IMG/VR virus record: IMGVR_UViG_3300034101_004323
Location: 20,088 to 84,087 of that record
Origin: a virus
Strand: one strand, 5' to 3'
DNA: 64,000 nucleotides
Below the pieces are notes generated by a model, which was not told where the DNA came from, searched no databases, and was given only the letters and a program-made list of their open reading frames with translations. Each line of letters begins with the position of its first letter. The stretch's first letter is position 1. Positions 18,162 through 28,300 of the stretch are shown here, one piece after another. Made by a program: the position numbers and the translations under genes.

Positions 18162-21100
18162 TCAATTAAAATCATATGGTATCCAGTATCCTTCATCTTT
18201 GGACTGAACTGTTTCTCTGCCTTGATATTCTAATCCATCCACACTACCAAAATAAGTTCTAAATAGCATTTCATTAAGCCAATAGTAATATGGACTATAA
18301 GGCTGTACATACTGCCCTGTTTTAGAGTCAATACATTTCCAAATCCTAAATGAACCATCTATTGGTCCACCAGGAGCAGGATATATACTCTTGCTTAATG
18401 CTCCAACATCATTTGGTTCGTACATATCAAATTGAGTATCTTTATTCCTTAATAGTCTTGGTATTCTTTTAAAATCAACATGTAGTTTTTCTATGTCATC
18501 TAAATTAAATATATTATAGATTTTATTCTTAACATTTCCATCTGGCTCTACATCTGGTTGAGATGGTCCTATTGGACAGATATAACTATAGGTTGCTGTT
18601 ATACCTTGTGCCCTCTCTGAGCCATGGAAATTTAGAAAGAACGTTCGTTCTACTACATAATTTATATCATTATTTTCTGGCCATTTTAAATTGGGATATT
18701 TTGCTTTTGTATCTTCTATTATTTTTTTTGATAGTTCGTAAGTTTGATCTGTCCCAATATTTCGAAGTGATTCATCGTCTCCAGAAATAATATCTGGAAC
18801 AGTGGTATCTAAACATACGCTATCAGCATTAAGACTCTTCATATCATTATACTGTAAACATACAAACTGAACCTTTTTTAATATTTTTATGGTTCTGTCT
18901 TTATCTATAGAACATCCTTGCTCAGGATCTATATTAATCCAGTATAAATTATTGTTTTCTTTTTCAGTAATAATTAATGATTCATCATCATTTTTGTTAA
19001 TATTGATAGAGATATTAGGTATCGAACTCATGTTTTCGGATGGGGCTATATTATCAAGATAATATTGAATATTATTTTGTTCTGAATATAATATTTGTAA
19101 ATCCTGAGCTGCTGCTTCTTTTTCTGATACTGGCTTATCAAAGTCTAAAAAATATTTTTTTGATAAATTTTTTGATTCTTTAATTTTATTCTTAATAAGA
19201 TCATTTAATTTATTAAGTCTATCTCTTAGATCAGATTTTTTAATTTTACTATCTTTATCTATTTTAATTATTTTTACAGGACTAATATCCTTGTCGAAAG
19301 ATATGGTTCCTCTATCAGATAATAAATCATTTTCGTTAAATAAAACATCAATTTCTGTCATGTACCCATAAGATTTATTTTCATAAACAGAATTGTCAAT
19401 ATTGGATAAGAATGGATCAGCTAATACTTTTAAATTATTATCTGCATATAATTTATTATCATATTTATTTATATTATTATTCATATTATCTAATGTATAG
19501 ATAAAAGCACATCCAGCAGTTGTGCCATTTGTTACTGGTTGAGTTTGATGAGCATAATATAATTCTGATGAAAATGAATTATAATCTATAGTAGAATTTT
19601 TATTATAATGAATTCTATCAATCAATGGGATTATCTTACTATTAATATCTGGTTGAGATAACATATATCTGGTAGTAATATTAGAACCATATCCGTAGTT
19701 ACTAACACCCCAAGCCGATTCTTTAATGTCCTGTGACGAATGAATATCGTGATCACTAGAATGATTATTTAATGACCAAAAATTTAATGGTAGTGTTGAT
19801 TTTCCATCAATACTTGTTTTATTATCTAAAATAAGAATTCTTTTACTTTTTTCTGGAGAAACAGATATAATATTCCCAGTTGGACTATCTCTAAAAATAA
19901 CTATAGTTTTATATGTACCAGAATCAAAAACATATCCAATATTTGTAATATAATTATTCTTAATATCATATGACATCAAAAAAATTTCATTTTCTAGATT
20001 TTTAAGTTCATCCTCATCGATTCCAAACTGGAGTTTCTTGAGTTCTTTTAGCTTATTAAATCTATCTTTTAATTTATCCATTTTTATATTGTCTATATCA
20101 GCTGGTTTTTTTTCTGTTAAGATAACAATATCATGATTATCTTGAAAAAAATAATAAGGCCTAAGCCCATCCATAACATACAATCTCTTCTCTGTAATAA
20201 GAGTATCAAAGTCATTATCACTTTTAGATAAATTAAAAATATTATTATGTTTTATATATGAATCAGAATAAAATAAATCTTTAAAATTATTAATCGTTCT
20301 TTCACCACTAATTATTCTAACTTGTTTTCTGTCCTTATTGCCAAATTCTTGATAAATATCTGATTGTTCTAGTTTTCCTCTTATGTTTTTAATATTTGTT
20401 TTAATTTTATTTAGTTTTGTTTCCTCGTCTTTTGTTAAGGTTGCTTTTGCAGATAATCTGGAATCCTCTTCCAACATGGAATCTGAATCGAATGGACTAA
20501 CCCCAGTTTCTGTGTCATTCATATACAAAGACTTAATATAAGAATTATAAATAATCTTAATAAAATTATCTTCATTTATTAGATTAATTTTAAAAATAGA
20601 TAAATCTCTTAAATAACTATTATAATGTAGTTTATAAAATTGATGTTTATGTTTTTTCATAATAACAGAATTATTATATCTAAATATAGACGCTTCTGTT
20701 TTATAGAATAATTCGTTATCTTTTGATACGCTAAGAAGTATTTTATCTGATGATCCTACTGGATATTTGTCGTAATTAGGAACGTACCAAGCTCTATTAA
20801 AAATATCCTTTTGTCTTTCTTGTCTTAAAGAATGTAAATAGTTTGCTATTTGTCTAGTTTGTTCATTCATTGCCATTTCTACGCCTGGTAAAGCAGCTAC
20901 AGCACCAAGAATACTAGGTGGGAGCATTAATATCAGTGGAAATATTACAAACGGTAGAGGTTGAGAAAATTTTGGAACATTTAAACTTTCCTTTGAATAC
21001 CTACAAAGTCTACCATCTATAGTATATAGATTTGGGGCATTTATAACCGATGGAGGTAAAAGATGCAATTTGTCTGTTAGATCTGCAATAAAACTATATC

Positions 21101-24100
21101 CAGGAATAGATGGATTATCATCTTCATATTTAATATTTCCTAAAGAATCACCAGGAATAAATCCATTACTATTATCTGTTCTGTGTATAATTAACTCCCA
21201 ATTACATAGACTATTTTCTACTAAATTTGATCTATTTTTAGTTACACAAGCATTATAGCCTATAAGCTCTTGTGTAGATAAAATCCTGTCATATGGCTCA
21301 AATGGATCGCTTTCATCAACAACTGCCACACACAACCTGAATGTTGTTTCAGAAGAATTTCCAGCTTTATTTACTGCCGACGGACTTTGGGAAAATATTG
21401 GCATACCAGCAATTTTTTGAAATCTATGACTATTATTCAATAGTTTATTTTCTATCATAATTTTTTTATATGCGGATACCTGACCATCATCATATCCAGC
21501 TGCTGATAATGTAGGAGCTAAATCTATTGTATTATTAATTTTATCTGAAATATTATTATTTATATATAATGTAGAATCTATATTATTATTAGATGAATTA
21601 TTAAATAAATCTAAAAGATCTGAAAATTTAATATTTATATTATATTCATAATTTTCAATATGATCTTGATTTAATAAGTATATTCTATAAGTAGAACTTC
21701 TTGGAATTTTTGGATCACCACTAAAATTTTCTAATGTTTTGGAAGTATCTAAAGGAATATTATCATTCATATTCCATAATGATGATATATATTGTTTTAT
21801 ATGTTTGTTACTTTTTCCAAAACCATCATCCTCTTCTTCTGGTAGTAATCCAAAATCTCTATATTTATCATAATATGATCCTTTAAACCATGGATCTTTT
21901 GGCGGTGGAGATTTTCTTTCTCCTTCTCCTTCTTCAGATGACGGTGGATTTAATCGGTCTGCAGCCAATCCACAACTGTCTATTTCTAGCCAAACCACAA
22001 GATTTTTGGGATTCACATAATTTAAAAAATTAAGCTTAACCTCTATGTTAGATATGCTGCCTCCACCTTGTCTTCTCCATCTTAATCTTTTTGTAGATTC
22101 TCTATCTTTAAAAGGAATAAAAGATCCTGGTCTTGTGAATATATAAGAAGAAGAATAGTTTGATTCTTCTACAGTAATATCAGAGCAGTAGTTATCAGAC
22201 GATACCGGGGCATCATCTATTATTGGAAAATCTATCTTAAATTCATCATTATAATTTAACATCTTTAGATCTATATTTCCACCAACACTTCTATATCCAT
22301 AATTATCTATATGGTCGCTAACTTCTCTTTGATCCACAATTTCTGGATTTTTATTCTCTTCTTCTCCAACAGGATCATAAGCTTCTGGATCAACGCTCAA
22401 AGTTATTGAACTCTTATATATTTTTGATTTTCCATCTTCAAAATCGTTCTTTAAATCATATAATCCTGGTCCTTTGAAAATTTGCACAGCTCTATTATAT
22501 GGATCAAAATTAACAACAGAAGATAAATTTTTGAATCTTAAATAGGCAGGACTATTAGAACCAATCCATCCATGAAACGGATGAAAACACCCTTTACTAA
22601 ATTCTATAGAAGAATTTAATGGTAATTCAGTATCATGACATAATTGAGTAACTTTACCATCTTTTTCATTTTTGGGACCGCTAAAAAAGTCATTTGATGC
22701 TGTAATTTCTGGTAAATATGAATTTACGGCAGGATGAAAAGGTATGTCTATTCCTAATTGAGATAATTGTTGTTTTGAAAATCCTCCATATGATTTAACA
22801 GCAAATCTTTTTGTTTTTAATCCATCAGGGGCGCTAATATTTACCATTTTATCATTATCCGAAGGATCCATAAAAATAAATCCTCCAGCATCTGATCCGC
22901 CATCCACAATAAAACCTCTGTTATCTAAAATTCCTTCATATAAAGATTCACAGCCATTATATTCAGGACCAAATAAAGCCGCGTCAGCCGGATTGCTACT
23001 AAAAGGAGGAGCATTTTTTGATTGGTCTGTTTCATGACTATTTAAATTTGTTAATATTATACGATTTAATTCAATTGTTGTATTATTACAATTATAATCG
23101 ATGCTAAAATCTACATTACCATGTACTATAGCTTTTTTTCCATCTTTATCAGATGTCATAGGCATAGAAAATTTATGATAATTATTACCTAATGGAATTA
23201 CTGCCGGAGGTAAACTATTTCCAGGCCCTGGCGGAGCATCAGGATTTGCTAATCCTTGAGGAACCTTAACAGAGCAGTCTGTGTAAGAAGGCCAAAAAAC
23301 TCCCTGTTTACCGATATAACATTCTCTAATATTTGGAACCATAATTGAAAGATTATTCTTTGCTTGTATATATTGAACAGAGGCTGGCCTTAGTCTTTCT
23401 TTTTGTTCTTTTCTGGAATATGAGACTATAACTTTTCCAGTGTCTATAATTTTTCCATTAGCATATATAGTTACGGTATCATATATTATACCAAATGACG
23501 TTCTAACTCTAACTTCTAAAATATATTTTCCTGGGGATTTAATAAAAACAGTTGGTGATTCATCTGTGGAAGTTTCGTATCTTACTGATGGTTGTTTTGG
23601 GTCTAAGAATCTTAAACAGTCTGGACCAGATATTTTTCTCCATAGAACATCTGGTTGTTCTGACCCTATGATGCTTGTATCATATTTAGCATTATAGTCT
23701 ATTGCGGCAGTTTCAAATGAGTATTCTATTTCTTTTAAGGATTCTACATCTTGATTTCCAAAATCTATATCAATATCTGGACCGGCAGTTACTGGAATCC
23801 TGACATTTTTAAATTTTGATTTTTCTATATCCCAAAGAGGAATCATGAACGACTCATTCCTCTTTAGTTTGTTATTAAGCTTTAATTTCGTACTAGCGGC
23901 ACTAAACTCTGTTGAAATTAAAAATGGTCCTGAAGAAATACTCATATTATTATATACTGTTGTATTTTGTAGACCTTTTGAACATCGACTAGTCATTTCT
24001 TGATTAATTTTAACATGTGGGCCATTAACTAATCCTGGTTTATATTTAAGCTCACTCTCATTTTCTAATATAAGTTTAGATCCATATTTAAAGATTAATC

Positions 24101-25346
24101 TATTAAATAGATCATCTCTAGTTGTGACCAAACCATGAGAGTATGTATATTGATTATTAGTCATATAATCAGTAGATAATATATTTAATTTTTCGGTTAT
24201 GCTTAATAATACATCTTGTATTAATTTAATTTCATCATAAACAGATTTTGGTTTGCTGTTGATATATTTTAAAACATGAGATGCAGTATCGGGATTTCTC
24301 AGTATAGATACTGTTGTTCTATCTAATAGTGGATAAGTAGATAATATATGACATAGTTTTTTAAATAATTTTGATTGCAGAGGAGAAAAATTTGGTTGTG
24401 GTATACCACCATTAATATTTCTAGTATTATTATTCCATGATAATGTATGATATACCTCTCTATAAATATTGGATAATGTTGGAGATATATAAGAAGATGA
24501 ACACATATAATCTTGAGAACTAGCATCTTTCATTTGCGGAGATTTGAAATAGCTATATGTATCGCCATCTGGTATCCATAAACATAATTCTGGAGTCTCT
24601 TCAATAATACGACTAGTTGGGTTTATTACAAATTTTATATTTTCTTTTTTAAGTTTTTTATCAGAATTAAGCATATCATCAATTTTAATATATTTATATT
24701 GAGCAGATGGCAAAAAAGTATCATACTGTAGATTCTTTATAATGCTATTTATTTCTGATATTAAAAAAGTTTCAGAATCATATTTAATTAATGGTATATC
24801 TTGAATATTTATGTTTTGATTATTTATTTTTACAGAAGCTGGACCAGAAGATAAGCGTACTGTGCTTCCTATAGGAATTTCTTCTATTGATAAAGGCTTA
24901 TTGACAATTGAATTATATTTAAACCAAAACATCAATCCATAGACCGGATAAAAGGGGCACAGGTCCGGAGTTATTATCCAATCAGTAGACATATATGGAG
25001 ATTCATTTATTTCCCAATTATGAAATTTTGGATCAAAAATATCAATCGCATTTTGTATTCCTAAGTTATCACTAAGAGTGGTTGTTCCTTTATACAATGT
25101 CATATCATTAATACGACTATTAAATAAATTAACAAAAACAGGATACCAAACATCTGATTTTGTTTTATATATATTATTTTTAATAAAGTTTATTGTATTT
25201 ACTAGATAAACCTCACTTGTAGATTCCTTATTAGATAAATCAGGATTACTATAAATTATTTTATCGCCATTACTAGAATCAAATTTATACGAATATAAAT
25301 CGTCTAAAAAAGACTTATCATAAATGACACAATTTTTATTCATCAA
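18162..25346 (-). CDS. Very large virion/tail-associated protein (2394 aa) with PKD-like and P-domain-like segments
   Basis: Long ORF downstream of the TMP; LWRKISGP...PGKYILEVRV (PKD/Ig-like); ISNIEVKLNFLNYVNPKNLVVWLE (P-domain-like). Confidence 0.6.
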   Translation of the reverse strand: MMNKNCVIYDKSFLDDLYSYKFDSSNGDKIIYSNPDLSNKESTSEVYLVNTINFIKNNIYKTKSDVWYPVFVNLFNSRINDMTLYKGTTTLSDNLGIQNAIDIFDPKFHNWEINESPYMSTDWIITPDLCPFYPVYGLMFWFKYNSIVNKPLSIEEIPIGSTVRLSSGPASVKINNQNINIQDIPLIKYDSETFLISEINSIIKNLQYDTFLPSAQYKYIKIDDMLNSDKKLKKENIKFVINPTSRIIEETPELCLWIPDGDTYSYFKSPQMKDASSQDYMCSSSYISPTLSNIYREVYHTLSWNNNTRNINGGIPQPNFSPLQSKLFKKLCHILSTYPLLDRTTVSILRNPDTASHVLKYINSKPKSVYDEIKLIQDVLLSITEKLNILSTDYMTNNQYTYSHGLVTTRDDLFNRLIFKYGSKLILENESELKYKPGLVNGPHVKINQEMTSRCSKGLQNTTVYNNMSISSGPFLISTEFSAASTKLKLNNKLKRNESFMIPLWDIEKSKFKNVRIPVTAGPDIDIDFGNQDVESLKEIEYSFETAAIDYNAKYDTSIIGSEQPDVLWRKISGPDCLRFLDPKQPSVRYETSTDESPTVFIKSPGKYILEVRVRTSFGIIYDTVTIYANGKIIDTGKVIVSYSRKEQKERLRPASVQYIQAKNNLSIMVPNIRECYIGKQGVFWPSYTDCSVKVPQGLANPDAPPGPGNSLPPAVIPLGNNYHKFSMPMTSDKDGKKAIVHGNVDFSIDYNCNNTTIELNRIILTNLNSHETDQSKNAPPFSSNPADAALFGPEYNGCESLYEGILDNRGFIVDGGSDAGGFIFMDPSDNDKMVNISAPDGLKTKRFAVKSYGGFSKQQLSQLGIDIPFHPAVNSYLPEITASNDFFSGPKNEKDGKVTQLCHDTELPLNSSIEFSKGCFHPFHGWIGSNSPAYLRFKNLSSVVNFDPYNRAVQIFKGPGLYDLKNDFEDGKSKIYKSSITLSVDPEAYDPVGEEENKNPEIVDQREVSDHIDNYGYRSVGGNIDLKMLNYNDEFKIDFPIIDDAPVSSDNYCSDITVEESNYSSSYIFTRPGSFIPFKDRESTKRLRWRRQGGGSISNIEVKLNFLNYVNPKNLVVWLEIDSCGLAADRLNPPSSEEGEGERKSPPPKDPWFKGSYYDKYRDFGLLPEEEDDGFGKSNKHIKQYISSLWNMNDNIPLDTSKTLENFSGDPKIPRSSTYRIYLLNQDHIENYEYNINIKFSDLLDLFNNSSNNNIDSTLYINNNISDKINNTIDLAPTLSAAGYDDGQVSAYKKIMIENKLLNNSHRFQKIAGMPIFSQSPSAVNKAGNSSETTFRLCVAVVDESDPFEPYDRILSTQELIGYNACVTKNRSNLVENSLCNWELIIHRTDNSNGFIPGDSLGNIKYEDDNPSIPGYSFIADLTDKLHLLPPSVINAPNLYTIDGRLCRYSKESLNVPKFSQPLPFVIFPLILMLPPSILGAVAALPGVEMAMNEQTRQIANYLHSLRQERQKDIFNRAWYVPNYDKYPVGSSDKILLSVSKDNELFYKTEASIFRYNNSVIMKKHKHQFYKLHYNSYLRDLSIFKINLINEDNFIKIIYNSYIKSLYMNDTETGVSPFDSDSMLEEDSRLSAKATLTKDEETKLNKIKTNIKNIRGKLEQSDIYQEFGNKDRKQVRIISGERTINNFKDLFYSDSYIKHNNIFNLSKSDNDFDTLITEKRLYVMDGLRPYYFFQDNHDIVILTEKKPADIDNIKMDKLKDRFNKLKELKKLQFGIDEDELKNLENEIFLMSYDIKNNYITNIGYVFDSGTYKTIVIFRDSPTGNIISVSPEKSKRILILDNKTSIDGKSTLPLNFWSLNNHSSDHDIHSSQDIKESAWGVSNYGYGSNITTRYMLSQPDINSKIIPLIDRIHYNKNSTIDYNSFSSELYYAHQTQPVTNGTTAGCAFIYTLDNMNNNINKYDNKLYADNNLKVLADPFLSNIDNSVYENKSYGYMTEIDVLFNENDLLSDRGTISFDKDISPVKIIKIDKDSKIKKSDLRDRLNKLNDLIKNKIKESKNLSKKYFLDFDKPVSEKEAAAQDLQILYSEQNNIQYYLDNIAPSENMSSIPNISININKNDDESLIITEKENNNLYWINIDPEQGCSIDKDRTIKILKKVQFVCLQYNDMKSLNADSVCLDTTVPDIISGDDESLRNIGTDQTYELSKKIIEDTKAKYPNLKWPENNDINYVVERTFFLNFHGSERAQGITATYSYICPIGPSQPDVEPDGNVKNKIYNIFNLDDIEKLHVDFKRIPRLLRNKDTQFDMYEPNDVGALSKSIYPAPGGPIDGSFRIWKCIDSKTGQYVQPYSPYYYWLNEMLFRTYFGSVDGLEYQGRETVQSKDEGYWIPYDFN

Positions 25347-28300
25347 TTAATTCCTACCTATAAGAATCCATTTTCCATTTTCAAACATAAACATTCCTGT
25401 ATTCTTTGCTCCCGATATAGTAAAATTAAATCTAGTATTGTCAAATATTATAGGTATCCTTGGCGCATTTTCGGGTCTTCTTGATCCTTGTATATATGTT
25501 AATGATACTATTGCGCTATTATTTCCTGTAATTTGACCAAAAACAATAAAAGACTGCTTTGATACAGGCTCATAGAATCCTGAATTTGAATTATATCTGC
25601 ATAATAATTTTGATCCTCTTGGCGCTGTATATCCACTCTTATCTTTAACATAAATCAATCTTCTTATACCATAATCCATTGGCTGAACAGAATATTCTGC
25701 ATCATCAATAAAAGCTCTTGTTGGATAGGTTTCAAATCCACCATCTGGTAAAATCATATCTTCTTCTAAAGTAATATATATCATCTTATATGGACATTTA
25801 TTTTTAGCATTAGCTTTACCAATAAATGTATTTAATAAAGATATATCAGTCCCGCTAGCTACAACATATGGCGGAAGAATTTCTCCGTCACATCCTCCTC
25901 CACCACTAGCGGACCATACTTTTCTATCATTATCCCATCTTACGTCTATAGGACCAACTGGCCACAGATCAGATCTTTCGGCCCAATTAAGATGAAAATA
26001 TTTACTTTTTGTTTTAATCCATTCATTTCCTTCTTTTTTATAACCTTTTCCTATAATGTCTCCCAATAGTTTTCCCTTAGACGGAATAAATTCCCCATCC
26101 TTAGTATAGTCATTTTGACCAGATGCATTTAATAGGAATCTCTTTGGTCTACCATATTTATCTATCTCAAGTGGTTCATCAGCAGCATTAGGAACAGGAT
26201 ATCCATCAGTATCATATCCCCATCCGTGCATCATTAATGGTCCTCTTAATCCAAAAAATCTTTGATTTAATAGAATATTCTCATTAGTATTATATTTATA
26301 TGTTAAATCGATATCATAATAATCTTTATTTACAGCATTACTTAGGTTCATAACCTTCATTAATTCACTACTCTCTAGACCAGCTTGGGTTTCTCCTGAT
26401 GGAACTTGTTGAACAGCAAATTGACCAGTTATTGGATCGTATAAGCTTTGTATGTTTCTTGCAAGATCTAAACTTTCAAAATCTACAGGAGCATGTTCTG
26501 ATCTTCCTATAACAGATATGCTGTGTCTTGATCTTTCTCCGCTAGCAGACGGTTGAGAATTAGGATTTTTAAATTCTCCATGTGGCATAACAATCGGATT
26601 TAATGATAAGATATTAATTTCTTGCGGCTGATCAGTATCTTCTCCAGATGGAAATACCAATTTTGATTTTGAACATAGTGGGCATGGGTAGTCTACTTCT
26701 TCTGCAATTTTAGAACCAGACGGAACAACTGAAATCTTATAATATCCTAATCCAGCACATTGTGGACAAATAATATTTTTTTTCTTTAATTCGTCAGTTA
26801 TACATCTTGAGGATAGAGAATATGTACTACCAAATAAAGTCGGATAGAATGATATTGGAGAGAAAAATCCATCCATACTCATGACTGCTTTGGAATCATA
26901 CTCTTTGCTAAGTTCTGATAAAATTTCACTAGGCATATAAAGAGCGGTTCTTGTATTATGTCTTCTGAGTTCTCCTGATCCACCAGGATCTTTAGAAACA
27001 ATATCTGTTTCCGGTATATAATGCATAGCCCTTCCTATAAAAACCTCGCCAGGACTTCTTCCATAAATTTTTGATTCAAAAGAAGATAAAGAGCTACCAG
27101 ATCTTGTATTTGAAGAATTCTCCATAATTTTATTAATTTGATTTGATATTTTTTGTTCAAATTTTGATTGAGCATCACTTAATTTTTTTAACAGAGATAT
27201 TCTAGATGTTGAGAATTGTTTAATTCTCTCTGCATTTTCTTTACTATATATACCTAATTTTTGTGAATATGTTCTAAAGCTATAATTTGTAGACACACCA
27301 TTGGTAGAAGCATAAGTAGAAATATTGCTTAATGTTAACCCCATATAATTATCTATATAGTTTTTTTGTAAAGAAACACAATTGAATCCATAGACTTTAG
27401 AAATTAAAGAAGCATGAACATCATTATCTGTTACTCCCAAAACCATGCCTCCGCCAAGACCAAATAAAGGTGGTCCGTAAACAGACACTTGACCATTTTC
27501 CAATATTGGCTGATAAGATAATTCAGAAGACATTGTATTTAGAACTAGTAAATCTAAAAATGATGTTCCTCCTGTTTGCCAAGGAACAAATTCCTCTCTT
27601 TTCTCCACCTTAGTGTCTCCTATTAACTGCTCGACAGCATTCGAAGAATCTATGATTCCAGGAAATACATTTGCTTGATTAGCTAAGCTCGGATAATTAG
27701 TCCATGGCCCATAACAATATAAATTAGATTTTAATGGAATACCAGCAAATAGAGGATGAGCCATTTTTGCGCTAATCATTTCGTGTTTACTTGATTGGTT
27801 TGAAGTATCTCCTTCAGAAACTAAAAATCCATTGTCTAATATTGGTATACAATATGACAGTAAAACCTTTTTTAAATCAGCTGTTAATAATTTTTTCTTT
27901 TCTAATATAGCTAAATCCTCTATAGCTACATTAGCTATAACAGTTAAATTTGGATCTTTTGTATAAGAATAGCTACTACCCATCAATTCAATTCCTGGAG
28001 AATCTATTATAGCTCTGGGTCCAATTAAACTTGATGGATCAAAAAACGCAATATCGTCACAAGATGTGGTAATATATACTTTTCTTGATGGAGCAGAAAA
28101 GACTGATCGTTTAACTTTATCATTACCGGATGATTGTTGTTGTTGTGATACTCCGCTAGATAATACTCCGGTTCTACCAAAAGGATCTTTTCTAACGTCA
28201 AACGTGTCTATCAATAAATAATCTTGTCCAATTGAAGCTAAATTAATTGATGGAATAATTTTCTTTTCACAATTAATAGACGATCCTATTCTATTAGCCC